DNA of 53,084 nucleotides from an uncultured bacterium (GTDB lineage: Bacteria; Acidobacteriota; Polarisedimenticolia; CBDVAL01). Location: the NCBI GenBank assembly GCA_965371955.1, contig CBDVAL010000001.1, positions 1-53,084 of the forward strand, in the 5' to 3' direction. Numbering within the stretch: position 1 is the stretch's first letter; every line of letters starts with the position of its first letter. The position numbers and the translations under genes are program-made. Below, piece after piece: positions 1 to 8,321 of this stretch. The notes beneath the pieces were generated by a model, which saw nothing but the letters and a program-made list of their open reading frames with translations, was not told the origin of the DNA and did not search any database.

Positions 1-1
1 C

Positions 2-157
2 GCCGGAGACAAGACCACGATGTTCTATCTCAACCGCACCTCCACCGATCAGGTGGCGGGCTTCATGAGCGGCACACGCCACAGCCTGGGCCGGAAGTTC
101 ATGGAGAAGGCGATCCGCAAGCAGTTCGACACCGCCCTGGCGGCGGTTAGCGACTAG
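2..157 (+). CDS. 3' end of an unidentified protein-coding gene (last 51 codons; start lies upstream of the window)
   Basis: Frame open from the window edge, ending in TAG at 155-157 (...MFYLNRTSTDQVAGFMSGTRHSLGRKFMEKAIRKQFDTALAAVSD*). Codon style matches the neighbours. No family recognised. Confidence 0.45.
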   Translation, partial: AGDKTTMFYLNRTSTDQVAGFMSGTRHSLGRKFMEKAIRKQFDTALAAVSD

Positions 158-196
158 CATCCGGCGACGCAGGGTCGACGGGATATACTGCGTGCC

Positions 197-1630
197 ATGA
201 CGCACGGGCAGGCGGTCCTGGCGACCCTCATCCTCTACCAGCTGATCCTGGTGGGTCTGGGAGTCCTCTCCCAGCGTCGCGTACGCGACGGCGTCGACTT
301 CTTCCTGGGCGGCCGGGGGCTGGGCCCGATGGTGGCCGCCATCAGCGCCTCGGCCAGCTCGTCTTCAGCCTGGACCTTGCTGGGTGTGAGCGGCGCCGCC
401 TACGCCTGGGGCCTGTCGGCACTCTGGCTGTTCCCCGCCTGCGTGGGCGGCTTCGCGCTCAACTGGTACCTGCTGGCCCGCGGACTGCGCGCCTGCAGCC
501 GCGACAGCGGTGCGGTCACCGTCACCGAGGTTCTGGCCGGACCTCCCGGCCGGCCGCTACACGACGCCATCACCCGGGTGGCCTCGTTCATCGTCCTGTT
601 CTCCCTGTCGTTCTACGTGGCATCGCAGTTTCAGGCGGCGGGCAAGGCCTTCCACGAGACCTTCCAGTGGGGCATCACCGAGAGCGTCCTGCTGGGAAGC
701 GCCGTGGTCATCGTCTACACGCTCCTCGGGGGTTTCTGGGCGGTGAGCCTCACCGACACGCTGCAGGGGCTGGTGATGGCGGCCACCGCAGTTCTGCTTC
801 CCGTGGCGGCACTGGTGGCGGTGGGAGGGCCGGGCGGCCTGGTGGACGGCGTGCGAGCCATCGAGGCCGACGGGTTTCTGAGTCTCACCGGCCACTGGCA
901 GGGGCCCGCGGGCATCGGCTTCATCCTGGGGCTGCTGGGCATCGGGCTGGGCTACCCGGGCCAGCCGCACGTGGTGAACCGGTTCATGGCGCTCCAGGAG
1001 GGTGAGGCCACGCTGCGGCGGGCGCAACGGATCGCCATGGGCTGGGCCGTGCTGGTCTACGGCGGCATGCTGCTGCTGGGGTGGTGCGGCCGGGTGCTCT
1101 ACCCCGCGCTGGCCGACCGCGAGGCATTGTTCCTGCGCGCCACCAATGAGCTGTTCCCACCCATCGTGGCCGGCGTGATGCTGGCGGCGGTGCTCTCGGC
1201 CATCATGTCCACCGCCGACAGCCAGCTTCTGGTGGCGGGCTCGGCGGTGACGCAGGATCTCAAGCTCGGGGGCAGTTCGCCGCGCTCCATGCTGCTGCGC
1301 TCGCGCATGGTGGTGGTGCTGCTCAGCCTGGGGGCCGTGGTGGTGGCTCTCTACGGCAGCCAGGAGATCTTCTCACGGGTGCTGTTTGCCTGGGGCGCCA
1401 TGGGCGCGGCGTTCGGGCCGGCCTTGCTGGTGACCGTCCTGCGGGGCCCGCGCTCGCCTGGAAGGGTGCTGGCCTCCATGGTGCTGGGGTTCCTTCTGAG
1501 CGTCACCGCGTACAACCTGCCCCTCCCTGCCAGCCAAGAGGGGTTCTGGGAACGGGTGATGCCGGTGGGTGTGGCCTCGGCGATTCTCCTGGCGCCGTGG
1601 CCGCGGCGCGGCAAGACCGATCCTGACTGA
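197..1630 (+). CDS. Sodium:solute symporter (SSS) family transporter, PutP/PanF-like
   Basis: 477-aa polytopic membrane protein. The N-terminus (LILYQLILVGLG...DFFLGGRGLGP...SASASSSSAWTLLGVSGAAY) is typical of the SSS family. About 12-13 hydrophobic segments. Confidence 0.85.
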   Translation: MTHGQAVLATLILYQLILVGLGVLSQRRVRDGVDFFLGGRGLGPMVAAISASASSSSAWTLLGVSGAAYAWGLSALWLFPACVGGFALNWYLLARGLRACSRDSGAVTVTEVLAGPPGRPLHDAITRVASFIVLFSLSFYVASQFQAAGKAFHETFQWGITESVLLGSAVVIVYTLLGGFWAVSLTDTLQGLVMAATAVLLPVAALVAVGGPGGLVDGVRAIEADGFLSLTGHWQGPAGIGFILGLLGIGLGYPGQPHVVNRFMALQEGEATLRRAQRIAMGWAVLVYGGMLLLGWCGRVLYPALADREALFLRATNELFPPIVAGVMLAAVLSAIMSTADSQLLVAGSAVTQDLKLGGSSPRSMLLRSRMVVVLLSLGAVVVALYGSQEIFSRVLFAWGAMGAAFGPALLVTVLRGPRSPGRVLASMVLGFLLSVTAYNLPLPASQEGFWERVMPVGVASAILLAPWPRRGKTDPD

Positions 1631-1722
1631 TCGCAGTCGATTCCGGCCTTCCCCGATCGTCTTGTAGTAAGATGGTTCTTCACAACACTTACGTTCCCGG
1701 CTCGTAGTCTGTATGAGAGAGC

Positions 1723-2808
1723 ATGAGACGCCCACACCACCAACGGCCGCTGCTGGCCACCGGTCTTCTCCTGCTGGCGGGTTCGTCCGTGCCGGCGCAG
1801 GATCTGCCACCGGCGATGGTGCGCTTCACCGAGGCGCTGGCGCATGACGTGCGTCACACCATCCGGCTGTCCGGCTCGGTGGAATCCCCCACATCCAGCA
1901 TGGTGGCCACCGAAGTGGCCGGCCCGGTGCGCGAGCTACGAACGCGCGAGGGCACCGCCGTACACAAGGGCGAGGTGCTGGCGGTGCTCAGCAGCACCAA
2001 CCTGGACCTGCGACTGCAGGCGCTGCAGGCACAGATCAAGGAGGCCCGGGCGCGGCTGCAGCTTGCCGAGAGCAACCTCGAGCGCACCCGGGAGCTGTTC
2101 GCATCGGACGTGGTGGCAAGGCAGCAGCTCGACGACGCGTTCTCCGAGTTCACCGCCTGGCAGGGCCGGGTGGAGGCTCTGGCGGCACAGGAAGCACGCA
2201 TCAAGACCGATCTCCAGCGCTGTTCCGTGCGCGCCCCGTTCGGCGGCGTGGTGGTGGGCGAACACGCCGAGGTGGGCGAATGGCTGGCGGTGGGAGCGCC
2301 GGTGGTGGAACTGCTATCGCTGGAAACCCTGGACATCCGCGTGCAGGTGCCGGAGAAGTTCTTCAGCAATCTGGTACCCGGTGGTGACGTCGCGGTGCGC
2401 TTCGATGCCCTGCCGGATCTCAAGATTCAGGGCACGGTAAGTGCGATCATCCCCCGGGCCGATCCCCGGGCGCGCACATTCCCGGTGAAGGTGCGCATCC
2501 CCAACGGGGACGGCCGCATCGGCGTGGGGATGCTCGCCGAGGTGTCGCTGCCTGCCGGCGTATCGTACCGGGCCACGGTGATCCCCAAGGACGCGCTGCT
2601 CACCCGGGGTCAACAGAGCTACGTCTTCGTGCTCAACGGTGATGACACCGTCCAGCGCGCCTCGGTGGAGTCCGGCGGCGGCATCGGCGCATGGATCGTG
2701 GTGCGTGGCAACATCCAGCCGGGCCAGCGTGTCATCACGCGTGGCAACGAGCGCCTGCAGGAGGGACAGGCGGTGGTGGGCGAGTACGTCGAGTACGCAC
2801 TGCCATGA
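1723..2808 (+). CDS. Efflux RND transporter periplasmic adaptor subunit (MFP/HlyD family)
   Basis: Signal peptide, then a coiled-coil hairpin (LQALQAQIKEARARLQLAESNLERTRELF), then beta-barrel motifs (VRAPFGGVV..., VQVPE). The stop overlaps the downstream RND pump start (ATGA at 2805-2808). Confidence 0.9.
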   Translation: MRRPHHQRPLLATGLLLLAGSSVPAQDLPPAMVRFTEALAHDVRHTIRLSGSVESPTSSMVATEVAGPVRELRTREGTAVHKGEVLAVLSSTNLDLRLQALQAQIKEARARLQLAESNLERTRELFASDVVARQQLDDAFSEFTAWQGRVEALAAQEARIKTDLQRCSVRAPFGGVVVGEHAEVGEWLAVGAPVVELLSLETLDIRVQVPEKFFSNLVPGGDVAVRFDALPDLKIQGTVSAIIPRADPRARTFPVKVRIPNGDGRIGVGMLAEVSLPAGVSYRATVIPKDALLTRGQQSYVFVLNGDDTVQRASVESGGGIGAWIVVRGNIQPGQRVITRGNERLQEGQAVVGEYVEYALP

Positions 2809-5800
2809 AGATCGTCCAGGATGCCATCCGCTTTCCGGTGACCACCGCGGTGGGCGTCATCCTCCTGGTGCTGTTCGGCACCCTCGCCCTCAACCGCATC
2901 CCGGTACAGCTCACACCCAACGTCGAGGATCCGGAGATCACCATCTCCACGTTCTGGCCGGGGGCCAGCCCGCAGGAGGTGGAGCGCGAGATCGTCGATG
3001 AGCAGGAGGAGCAGCTCAAGTCGCTGCAGGGGCTGGTGAAGATGGAGAGCTCCAGCGCCGACAGCAACGGCTCCATCACGCTGACGTTCCAGGTGGGCAC
3101 CGACATCGACGGCGCACTGCTCAAGGTATCCAACGCTCTGGAGCAGGTGCCCTCCTACCCGGCGGACGCCGACAAGCCGGTGATCCGCACGGTGGATCCC
3201 AACTCCAACGCCATGGCGTGGTTCATCCTCGAGCCGCTCCCCGGCACCGTCCATGACGGCCCGCTGCCGCAGTTGTACGACTACTGCAATGACGTCCTCA
3301 AGCCCGAGATCGAGCGCGTGTCCGGGGTGGGAACCGCGGGGATCTTCGGCGGCGAGCAGCGTGAGATGCAGGTCATCGCCAACCCGGCGGACCTGGCGGC
3401 ACGCCAGGTGACGCTGAACCAGCTGGGCGCCGCGCTGGAGCGCGAGAACCGCAACTACAGCGGCGGCGATTTCGACGAAGGCAAGCGGCGCTACATCGTC
3501 CGCACCACCGGCGAGTATCGCAGCACCGAGGACATCGAGGACATCGTCATCGCGGTGCGCAGCGGCGTGCCCATCTACCTCCGTGACGTGGCGCACGCCC
3601 AGATCGGCTACCGCAAGCCGCAAGCCAAGGTGTTCGAGAAGGGCCGGCTGCTCATCGCCATGAACGCGGTCAAAGAGCCGGGGACCAATGCCATCAAGGT
3701 GATGGCGGGCATCAAGCAGGCCATCGCGCGGCTGAATCAGGAGCTCCTGGCGGATCGCGGATTGCGACTGCGCCAGGTCTATGACCAGACCGAGTACATC
3801 GAGAGCGCCATCTCGCTGGTGCGGCAGAGTCTGGTGGTGGGAGGCTTGCTGGCGTTGCTGGTGCTCCTCATCTACTTGCGAAGCGGCACCAGCACGCTGG
3901 TGATCTTCATCGCCATCCCCATCAGCGTCATCGGCGCCTTCATGATGATGTACGCCTTCGGCCGCTCGCTGAATGTGATCAGCCTCGCGGGTATGGCGTT
4001 CGCCGTGGGTATGGTGGTGGACAACTCCATCGTGGTGCTGGAGAACATCTACCGCCACCGGCAGATGGGCAAGTCACGCCGGATAGCAGCCCACGACGGC
4101 GCGCGCGAGGTGTGGGGCGCCGTGCTGGCCAGCACGCTCACCACCATCGCCGTGTTCGTTCCGGTGGTGTTCATCCAGGAGGAGGCGGGCCAGCTGTTCG
4201 GCGATATCGCCATCGCCATCAGTTGCGCCGTGGCGCTCAGCCTCATCGTCTCCATCACGCTGATCCCCAGCCTGTCGGCGAAGATCCTCAGCGCTGCCGG
4301 GCGCGGCGCGGGTACGAAAGGCTACCAGGGGCTGTGGGGTGGCGTGCGCCTGGCACAGGGTTTCACCGACCGGTTGACCGGCATGGTGGACTGGATCAAC
4401 CACTCCACGCTGCGACGCGTCGCGGTGATCCTCGGCCTCACCGGTGCTTCCGTGGGCCTGAGCCTGATGCTCCTGCCGCAGGCGGAGTATCTCCCGCTGG
4501 GCAACCAGAACTTCCTCATCGGCTTCATGCTGCCACCCCCCGGACTGAGCCTGGACGAGATGTCAGAGCTCCAGGACATCTACACGGCAGAACTGGAGCC
4601 GCTGTGGCAGCACGAGGCCGGTTCGCCCGAGGCACTGGCACAGCCCGGCGGCGGCATCCAGAATTACTTCTTCGTCACCCTGAACAACTTTGCGTTCATC
4701 GTGGCCAGCGCCAACGATCCCATGCGGGTGCGCGAGCTCATCCCGGCGTTCTTTGCAGGCAGCGCCAAGATCCCCGGCGCCTACGTGGTGGTGAATCAGT
4801 CCAGCATCTTCGAGCGCGGCCTGGGCGCGGGGCGCAACATCGACGTGGAGATCACAGGGCCGGAGCTGGAGCGCATCATCACCCTGGGCAACGAGGTGCT
4901 GGGGAACGTCATGCAGAAGCTGCCCGGCAGCCAGGTGCGCCCCATCCCCAGCCTGGATCTGGGCAATCCTGAGGTGCAGGTGCGCACCCACCGCAGGCGG
5001 GCGGCGGAGCTGGGCATCTCCAACCGCGATCTCGGCTTTGCCGTGAGCGCCCTGGTGGACGGCGTGAAGGCCAGCGACTTCCGCTTCGAGGGCAAGGAGA
5101 TCGATCTCAAGGTGATGGCCGCCGGCGACGTGGCCCACCGCACGCATCTACTGGAGCAGATGCCCATCGCCACGCCAGACGGACGGCTGGTAACGCTGGG
5201 CTCGGTGGCGGAGATCTCGGTGGTCAGCGGCCCCACCACCATCAACCACAGCGAGCGCGAGCGCACCATCACCATCCAGGTGACTCCCGACGAGCGCATG
5301 CCCCTCGAGCAGGCCATGAGCCTCATCGAGACCGAGGTGCTGCAGCCCATGAAGGACGGTGGGCGCCTGGGCGGCCTCTATCAGGCCGGGCTCAGCGGCT
5401 CCGCCGACAAGCTCACCCAGACGGCCCGGGCCCTGCGGCTCAACCTGCTGCTGGCCCTGGCCATCACGTACCTCTTGATGGCAGCGCTGTTCGAGAGCTT
5501 CCTCTACCCGTTCGTCATCATGTTCAGCGTGCCGCTGGCGGCACTGGGCGGTTTCCTCGGCCTGGCCGCGGTGAATACGTTCATCGGCTACCAGGCCATG
5601 GACGTTCTCACCATGCTGGGCTTCATCATCCTCATCGGGACGGTGGTGAACAACGCCATCCTCATCGTCCACCAATCGCTGAATCACATGAAGGACGAGG
5701 GCATGACTCCGCGCCACGCCATCCGCGAGTCGGTACGTACGCGCATCCGCCCGATCTTCATGAGCGTCAGCACCTCGGTGTTCGGCATGCTGCCGCTGGT

Positions 5801-5993
5801 GCTGTTCCCCGGCGCGGGCTCCGAGCTCTACCGCGGCCTGGGAGGCGTGGTGATGGGCGGATTGATCGTGTCCACGGTATTCACGCTGTTCCTGGTGCCG
5901 GCCCTGTTCAGCCTGAGCCTCGACATCCGCGCTGCCCTGGCCGTGAGGCTGCGCCGCTTCTCGCTGTCGCCCCACCAGGCCGACGCGCAATAG
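2805..5993 (+). CDS. Efflux RND permease (AcrB/AcrD/AcrF family, about 1062 aa)
   Basis: From MKIVQDAIRFPVTTAVGVILLVLFG onward this has the classic 12-TM AcrB architecture with two large periplasmic loops. I chose ATG 2805 (translational coupling to the adaptor) rather than the track start at 2691. Confidence 0.93.
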   Translation: MKIVQDAIRFPVTTAVGVILLVLFGTLALNRIPVQLTPNVEDPEITISTFWPGASPQEVEREIVDEQEEQLKSLQGLVKMESSSADSNGSITLTFQVGTDIDGALLKVSNALEQVPSYPADADKPVIRTVDPNSNAMAWFILEPLPGTVHDGPLPQLYDYCNDVLKPEIERVSGVGTAGIFGGEQREMQVIANPADLAARQVTLNQLGAALERENRNYSGGDFDEGKRRYIVRTTGEYRSTEDIEDIVIAVRSGVPIYLRDVAHAQIGYRKPQAKVFEKGRLLIAMNAVKEPGTNAIKVMAGIKQAIARLNQELLADRGLRLRQVYDQTEYIESAISLVRQSLVVGGLLALLVLLIYLRSGTSTLVIFIAIPISVIGAFMMMYAFGRSLNVISLAGMAFAVGMVVDNSIVVLENIYRHRQMGKSRRIAAHDGAREVWGAVLASTLTTIAVFVPVVFIQEEAGQLFGDIAIAISCAVALSLIVSITLIPSLSAKILSAAGRGAGTKGYQGLWGGVRLAQGFTDRLTGMVDWINHSTLRRVAVILGLTGASVGLSLMLLPQAEYLPLGNQNFLIGFMLPPPGLSLDEMSELQDIYTAELEPLWQHEAGSPEALAQPGGGIQNYFFVTLNNFAFIVASANDPMRVRELIPAFFAGSAKIPGAYVVVNQSSIFERGLGAGRNIDVEITGPELERIITLGNEVLGNVMQKLPGSQVRPIPSLDLGNPEVQVRTHRRRAAELGISNRDLGFAVSALVDGVKASDFRFEGKEIDLKVMAAGDVAHRTHLLEQMPIATPDGRLVTLGSVAEISVVSGPTTINHSERERTITIQVTPDERMPLEQAMSLIETEVLQPMKDGGRLGGLYQAGLSGSADKLTQTARALRLNLLLALAITYLLMAALFESFLYPFVIMFSVPLAALGGFLGLAAVNTFIGYQAMDVLTMLGFIILIGTVVNNAILIVHQSLNHMKDEGMTPRHAIRESVRTRIRPIFMSVSTSVFGMLPLVLFPGAGSELYRGLGGVVMGGLIVSTVFTLFLVPALFSLSLDIRAALAVRLRRFSLSPHQADAQ

Positions 5994-6041
5994 TCGTGGG
6001 CAGGCTCCTTCTTCTGTTCATCCCGCCGGCCGCGTCAGCGC

Positions 6042-6767
6042 TCACTTCTTGCGGAACTTGAGGAAGTAGTTCTCCCGGAAGCCCGCGATCTTCTTCTCTT
6101 CCACGAACTCGAACCCGGCCGCCTCGATCTCCTCCCGAAAAACCTCCTTGCCGGCGCGCACGTGATCCACGATCCACTCACGCGACTCACCGGGGATACG
6201 CTCGAAGTCGATGACCACCAGGCTGCCGCCCGGCGCCAGCGCCTCATGGATGGAGCGCAAGCTGGCCTGAGGAGACTCGAGGTGATGGTACGTGTCGCAG
6301 AGGAAAGCGAGGTCGATGGAGGCCGGCGGCAAGCGCACCGAATCCTCCTGCCCCAGGACCGCGGTGATGTTCGTCGTGTCGATGGATTCCCGGTTGATGT
6401 GCTCGAGGAACCGGATGGAGATGTCCACGGCGTACACCCAGCCCTTCTCACCGGTGGCCTCGGCGAACAGCCGGGTGTAGAGTCCGGTCCCGGCACCGAT
6501 GTCTGCGATCCGCTGCCCCGGCTGGAGCTCGCACTGCGCCACCACCTCGTGGCGGGCCGAGAACACCTCGCGGCTCTCGCCCTCGAAGGTTGCCACCCAC
6601 TGGTCGACATCCAGTTCGGGACTGAGAAACTTGTCGTTGATTCCTGGCGGGACGCTCTTGCTGTCCTGCTCCGCCACCGCGGGCGGCATGTCGCCACAGG
6701 CCCATCCCACCGGTATCAGCAGGAGAATGAAGAGCCGTTGCAGCCAGTAACTCCCTGGAGTCTTCAT
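6042..6767 (-). CDS. Class I SAM-dependent methyltransferase with N-terminal signal/anchor sequence
   Basis: Motif I is [12 protein letters not shown], followed by an acidic loop (VYAVDIS) and motif ([12 protein letters not shown]). I chose the internal Met ([25 protein letters not shown]), which gives a hydrophobic leader. The track start at 6806 is also possible. Confidence 0.75.
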   Translation of the reverse strand: MKTPGSYWLQRLFILLLIPVGWACGDMPPAVAEQDSKSVPPGINDKFLSPELDVDQWVATFEGESREVFSARHEVVAQCELQPGQRIADIGAGTGLYTRLFAEATGEKGWVYAVDISIRFLEHINRESIDTTNITAVLGQEDSVRLPPASIDLAFLCDTYHHLESPQASLRSIHEALAPGGSLVVIDFERIPGESREWIVDHVRAGKEVFREEIEAAGFEFVEEKKIAGFRENYFLKFRKK

Positions 6768-7059
6768 GTGCAACCCTCCTATCCCACGCAGTGTAACCAA
6801 TCCCACCAGCAGGGACCATCGCTGGAATGGGCAGAAGGCGCAGGTCCGCGCCGCCTGACGCGATGAGCAGGAGGAAATGACGAAGCAGTCGCCCCGGGAG
6901 AAGGGGACTCCCAGGGCGACCCTCGGTGCAATTGGGGCCCATCTCGGGGTATTGTCAAGGCCTACACACGCCTTGGTGGGATACTCGGAGGGGAGGGTTA
7001 CGTTCTCGCTATCGACTCATGGAACGGTGGGTCGGGCCCCTCATGCCCCCTTGCAACAA

Positions 7060-7093
7060 GGCGGCCCGCCGGTTTATTCCGGCGGCCCGCCGG
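7060..7093. repeat. GC-rich near-perfect hairpin, also readable as a 13-mer direct repeat (GGCGGCCCGCCGG x2), inside a 434-nt non-coding gap
   Basis: GGCGGCCCGCCGG (7060-7072), TTTATT loop, CCGGCGGCCCGCC (7079-7091). 12 of 13 positions pair. The same 13-mer recurs at 7081-7093. Confidence 0.5.
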
Positions 7094-7240
7094 ATTTCTG
7101 CCGGGCGCTGCAGTTCGAACGAGTCGATGCCGGGGGCGGCTCCATCGCAACTTCTCCGCTGGTTCCGATAACATCATGGATCCTGCCGCTCGGGCACCGT
7201 GGATCAAGCCTCTCCGCCGCAGGGGACGGGAGACGTACCC

Positions 7241-7627
7241 ATGACACGATGGTTCTTCCTGGCCGGCTCGACCTTTGGGTTCCTCGGAGTGGCAGCGGGG
7301 GCGTTCGGAGCCCATGCGCTCCGCGGCGTGCTCGAACCCCGCATGCTGGATGTGTTCGAGGTGGCTGTGCGCTACCAGATGTTGCACGCCCTGGCCCTGC
7401 TTGCCGCCGCATGGGTATCCAGTAGGGCGCCCGGCCGCTGGGCCGCCTGGTCGGGCGGGCTGTTCGTCACCGGCATCGCGCTGTTCTCCGGCAGCCTGTA
7501 TCTGCTCACGCTGGCAGGGCAGCGCTGGGCCGGCGTCGTGACACCGCTGGGAGGCGCGACCCTGCTGGCCGGCTGGGCCTGCCTGGCGCTGGCCGGCAAT
7601 CGAATCTCCGGAGGAGCGGTCTCTTGA
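7241..7627 (+). CDS. DUF423 domain-containing inner-membrane protein (YgdD-like)
   Basis: MTRWFFLAGSTFGFLGVAAGAFGAHAL...YQMLHALALL. This is the hallmark GAFGAH motif in a small 4-TM protein. I chose the internal Met at 7241. Confidence 0.85.
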   Translation: MTRWFFLAGSTFGFLGVAAGAFGAHALRGVLEPRMLDVFEVAVRYQMLHALALLAAAWVSSRAPGRWAAWSGGLFVTGIALFSGSLYLLTLAGQRWAGVVTPLGGATLLAGWACLALAGNRISGGAVS

Positions 7628-7762
7628 TCTCTTGCGCGCCCCGGCTGCCGAAACCGGCGCGCGACTCGTAGCGATCCAGGCGTCGCTTCCCGCCGCTTGA
7701 CGCGGAGGCGCCCGTGGGAGACCATGGAGCACTTCTCGTCAAGTTGTTTGTGCGGGTGGGTG

Positions 7763-8302
7763 CTACCAGCGCCGGACGCGCCCTGTGTCGACGTGGATGA
7801 AGTTCGAGCGAGAGTAGTAGCCCACACCACCCGACTCCATGGACAGTGCGATGTCACGGAGGAGGTCGGTATCCACGTCAGTGAGGCGGACATCGATGGC
7901 CTTGCCCAGCAGGTGCTGGCTGTGCTTGGCGACTCCGGAGCTGCGTCGGCGCAGCATCTCGTTGGTCTCCGGCGAGCGGTAGGCCGAGATGACCTCGAAC
8001 GTGCCGGTGCTTCCGGTGGCCTTCTGCAGGGAGTGAAGGATGTCGAACAACGCCGGATCCATCTCGACGACGTCGCCGGTGCGGAAGTCAAACAGGAAAC
8101 GGTTCAGTTCCTGCAGCGCCTGCGGGACGTAGGCCCCGTCACGGTAGTAAGTCACTGTGAGACGCTGGTTGGTATGGGTGTGCTGGAACGAGAGCGAGCG
8201 GTCATCGGAGGCAGAGGTGCCGGTCCCCCACGGCAACAGCAAGAGGCATAGCAGGGCCAGGGAACGCGCGGGAGCAGATAGGAGACACAGGCTCTTCTTC
8301 AA
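7763..8302 (-). CDS. DUF882 / YcbK-family peptidase M15A-like protein (secreted)
   Basis: Signal peptide, then ...ISAYRSPETNEML...HSQHLLGKAIDV...NFIHVDTG. These are H-x6-D and terminal His zinc ligands of the M15/YcbK type. Confidence 0.85.
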   Translation of the reverse strand: MKKSLCLLSAPARSLALLCLLLLPWGTGTSASDDRSLSFQHTHTNQRLTVTYYRDGAYVPQALQELNRFLFDFRTGDVVEMDPALFDILHSLQKATGSTGTFEVISAYRSPETNEMLRRRSSGVAKHSQHLLGKAIDVRLTDVDTDLLRDIALSMESGGVGYYSRSNFIHVDTGRVRRW

Positions 8303-8321
8303 GTTTCACCTCGGGAGGGAC

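Noticed and set aside
7100-7150. tRNA/tmRNA-like string GCAGTTCGAACGAG ... GGGGGCGGCTCCA in the 6768-7240 gap.
   Set aside because: No T-stem can be paired around the GTTCGAA loop, and the putative acceptor pairs only 6 of 7 positions with GGGGCCC at 6934. On the other orientation, a 350-nt tmRNA would run into the clearly coding DUF423 gene. No RNase P or SRP core motifs were seen either.
6877-7425. 182-aa plus-strand ORF filling the long gap before DUF423.
   Set aside because: Its translation is Gly/Arg/Pro-rich with no motifs, and it is out of frame with and overlaps the genuine DUF423 coding sequence. No RBS-like context was seen.
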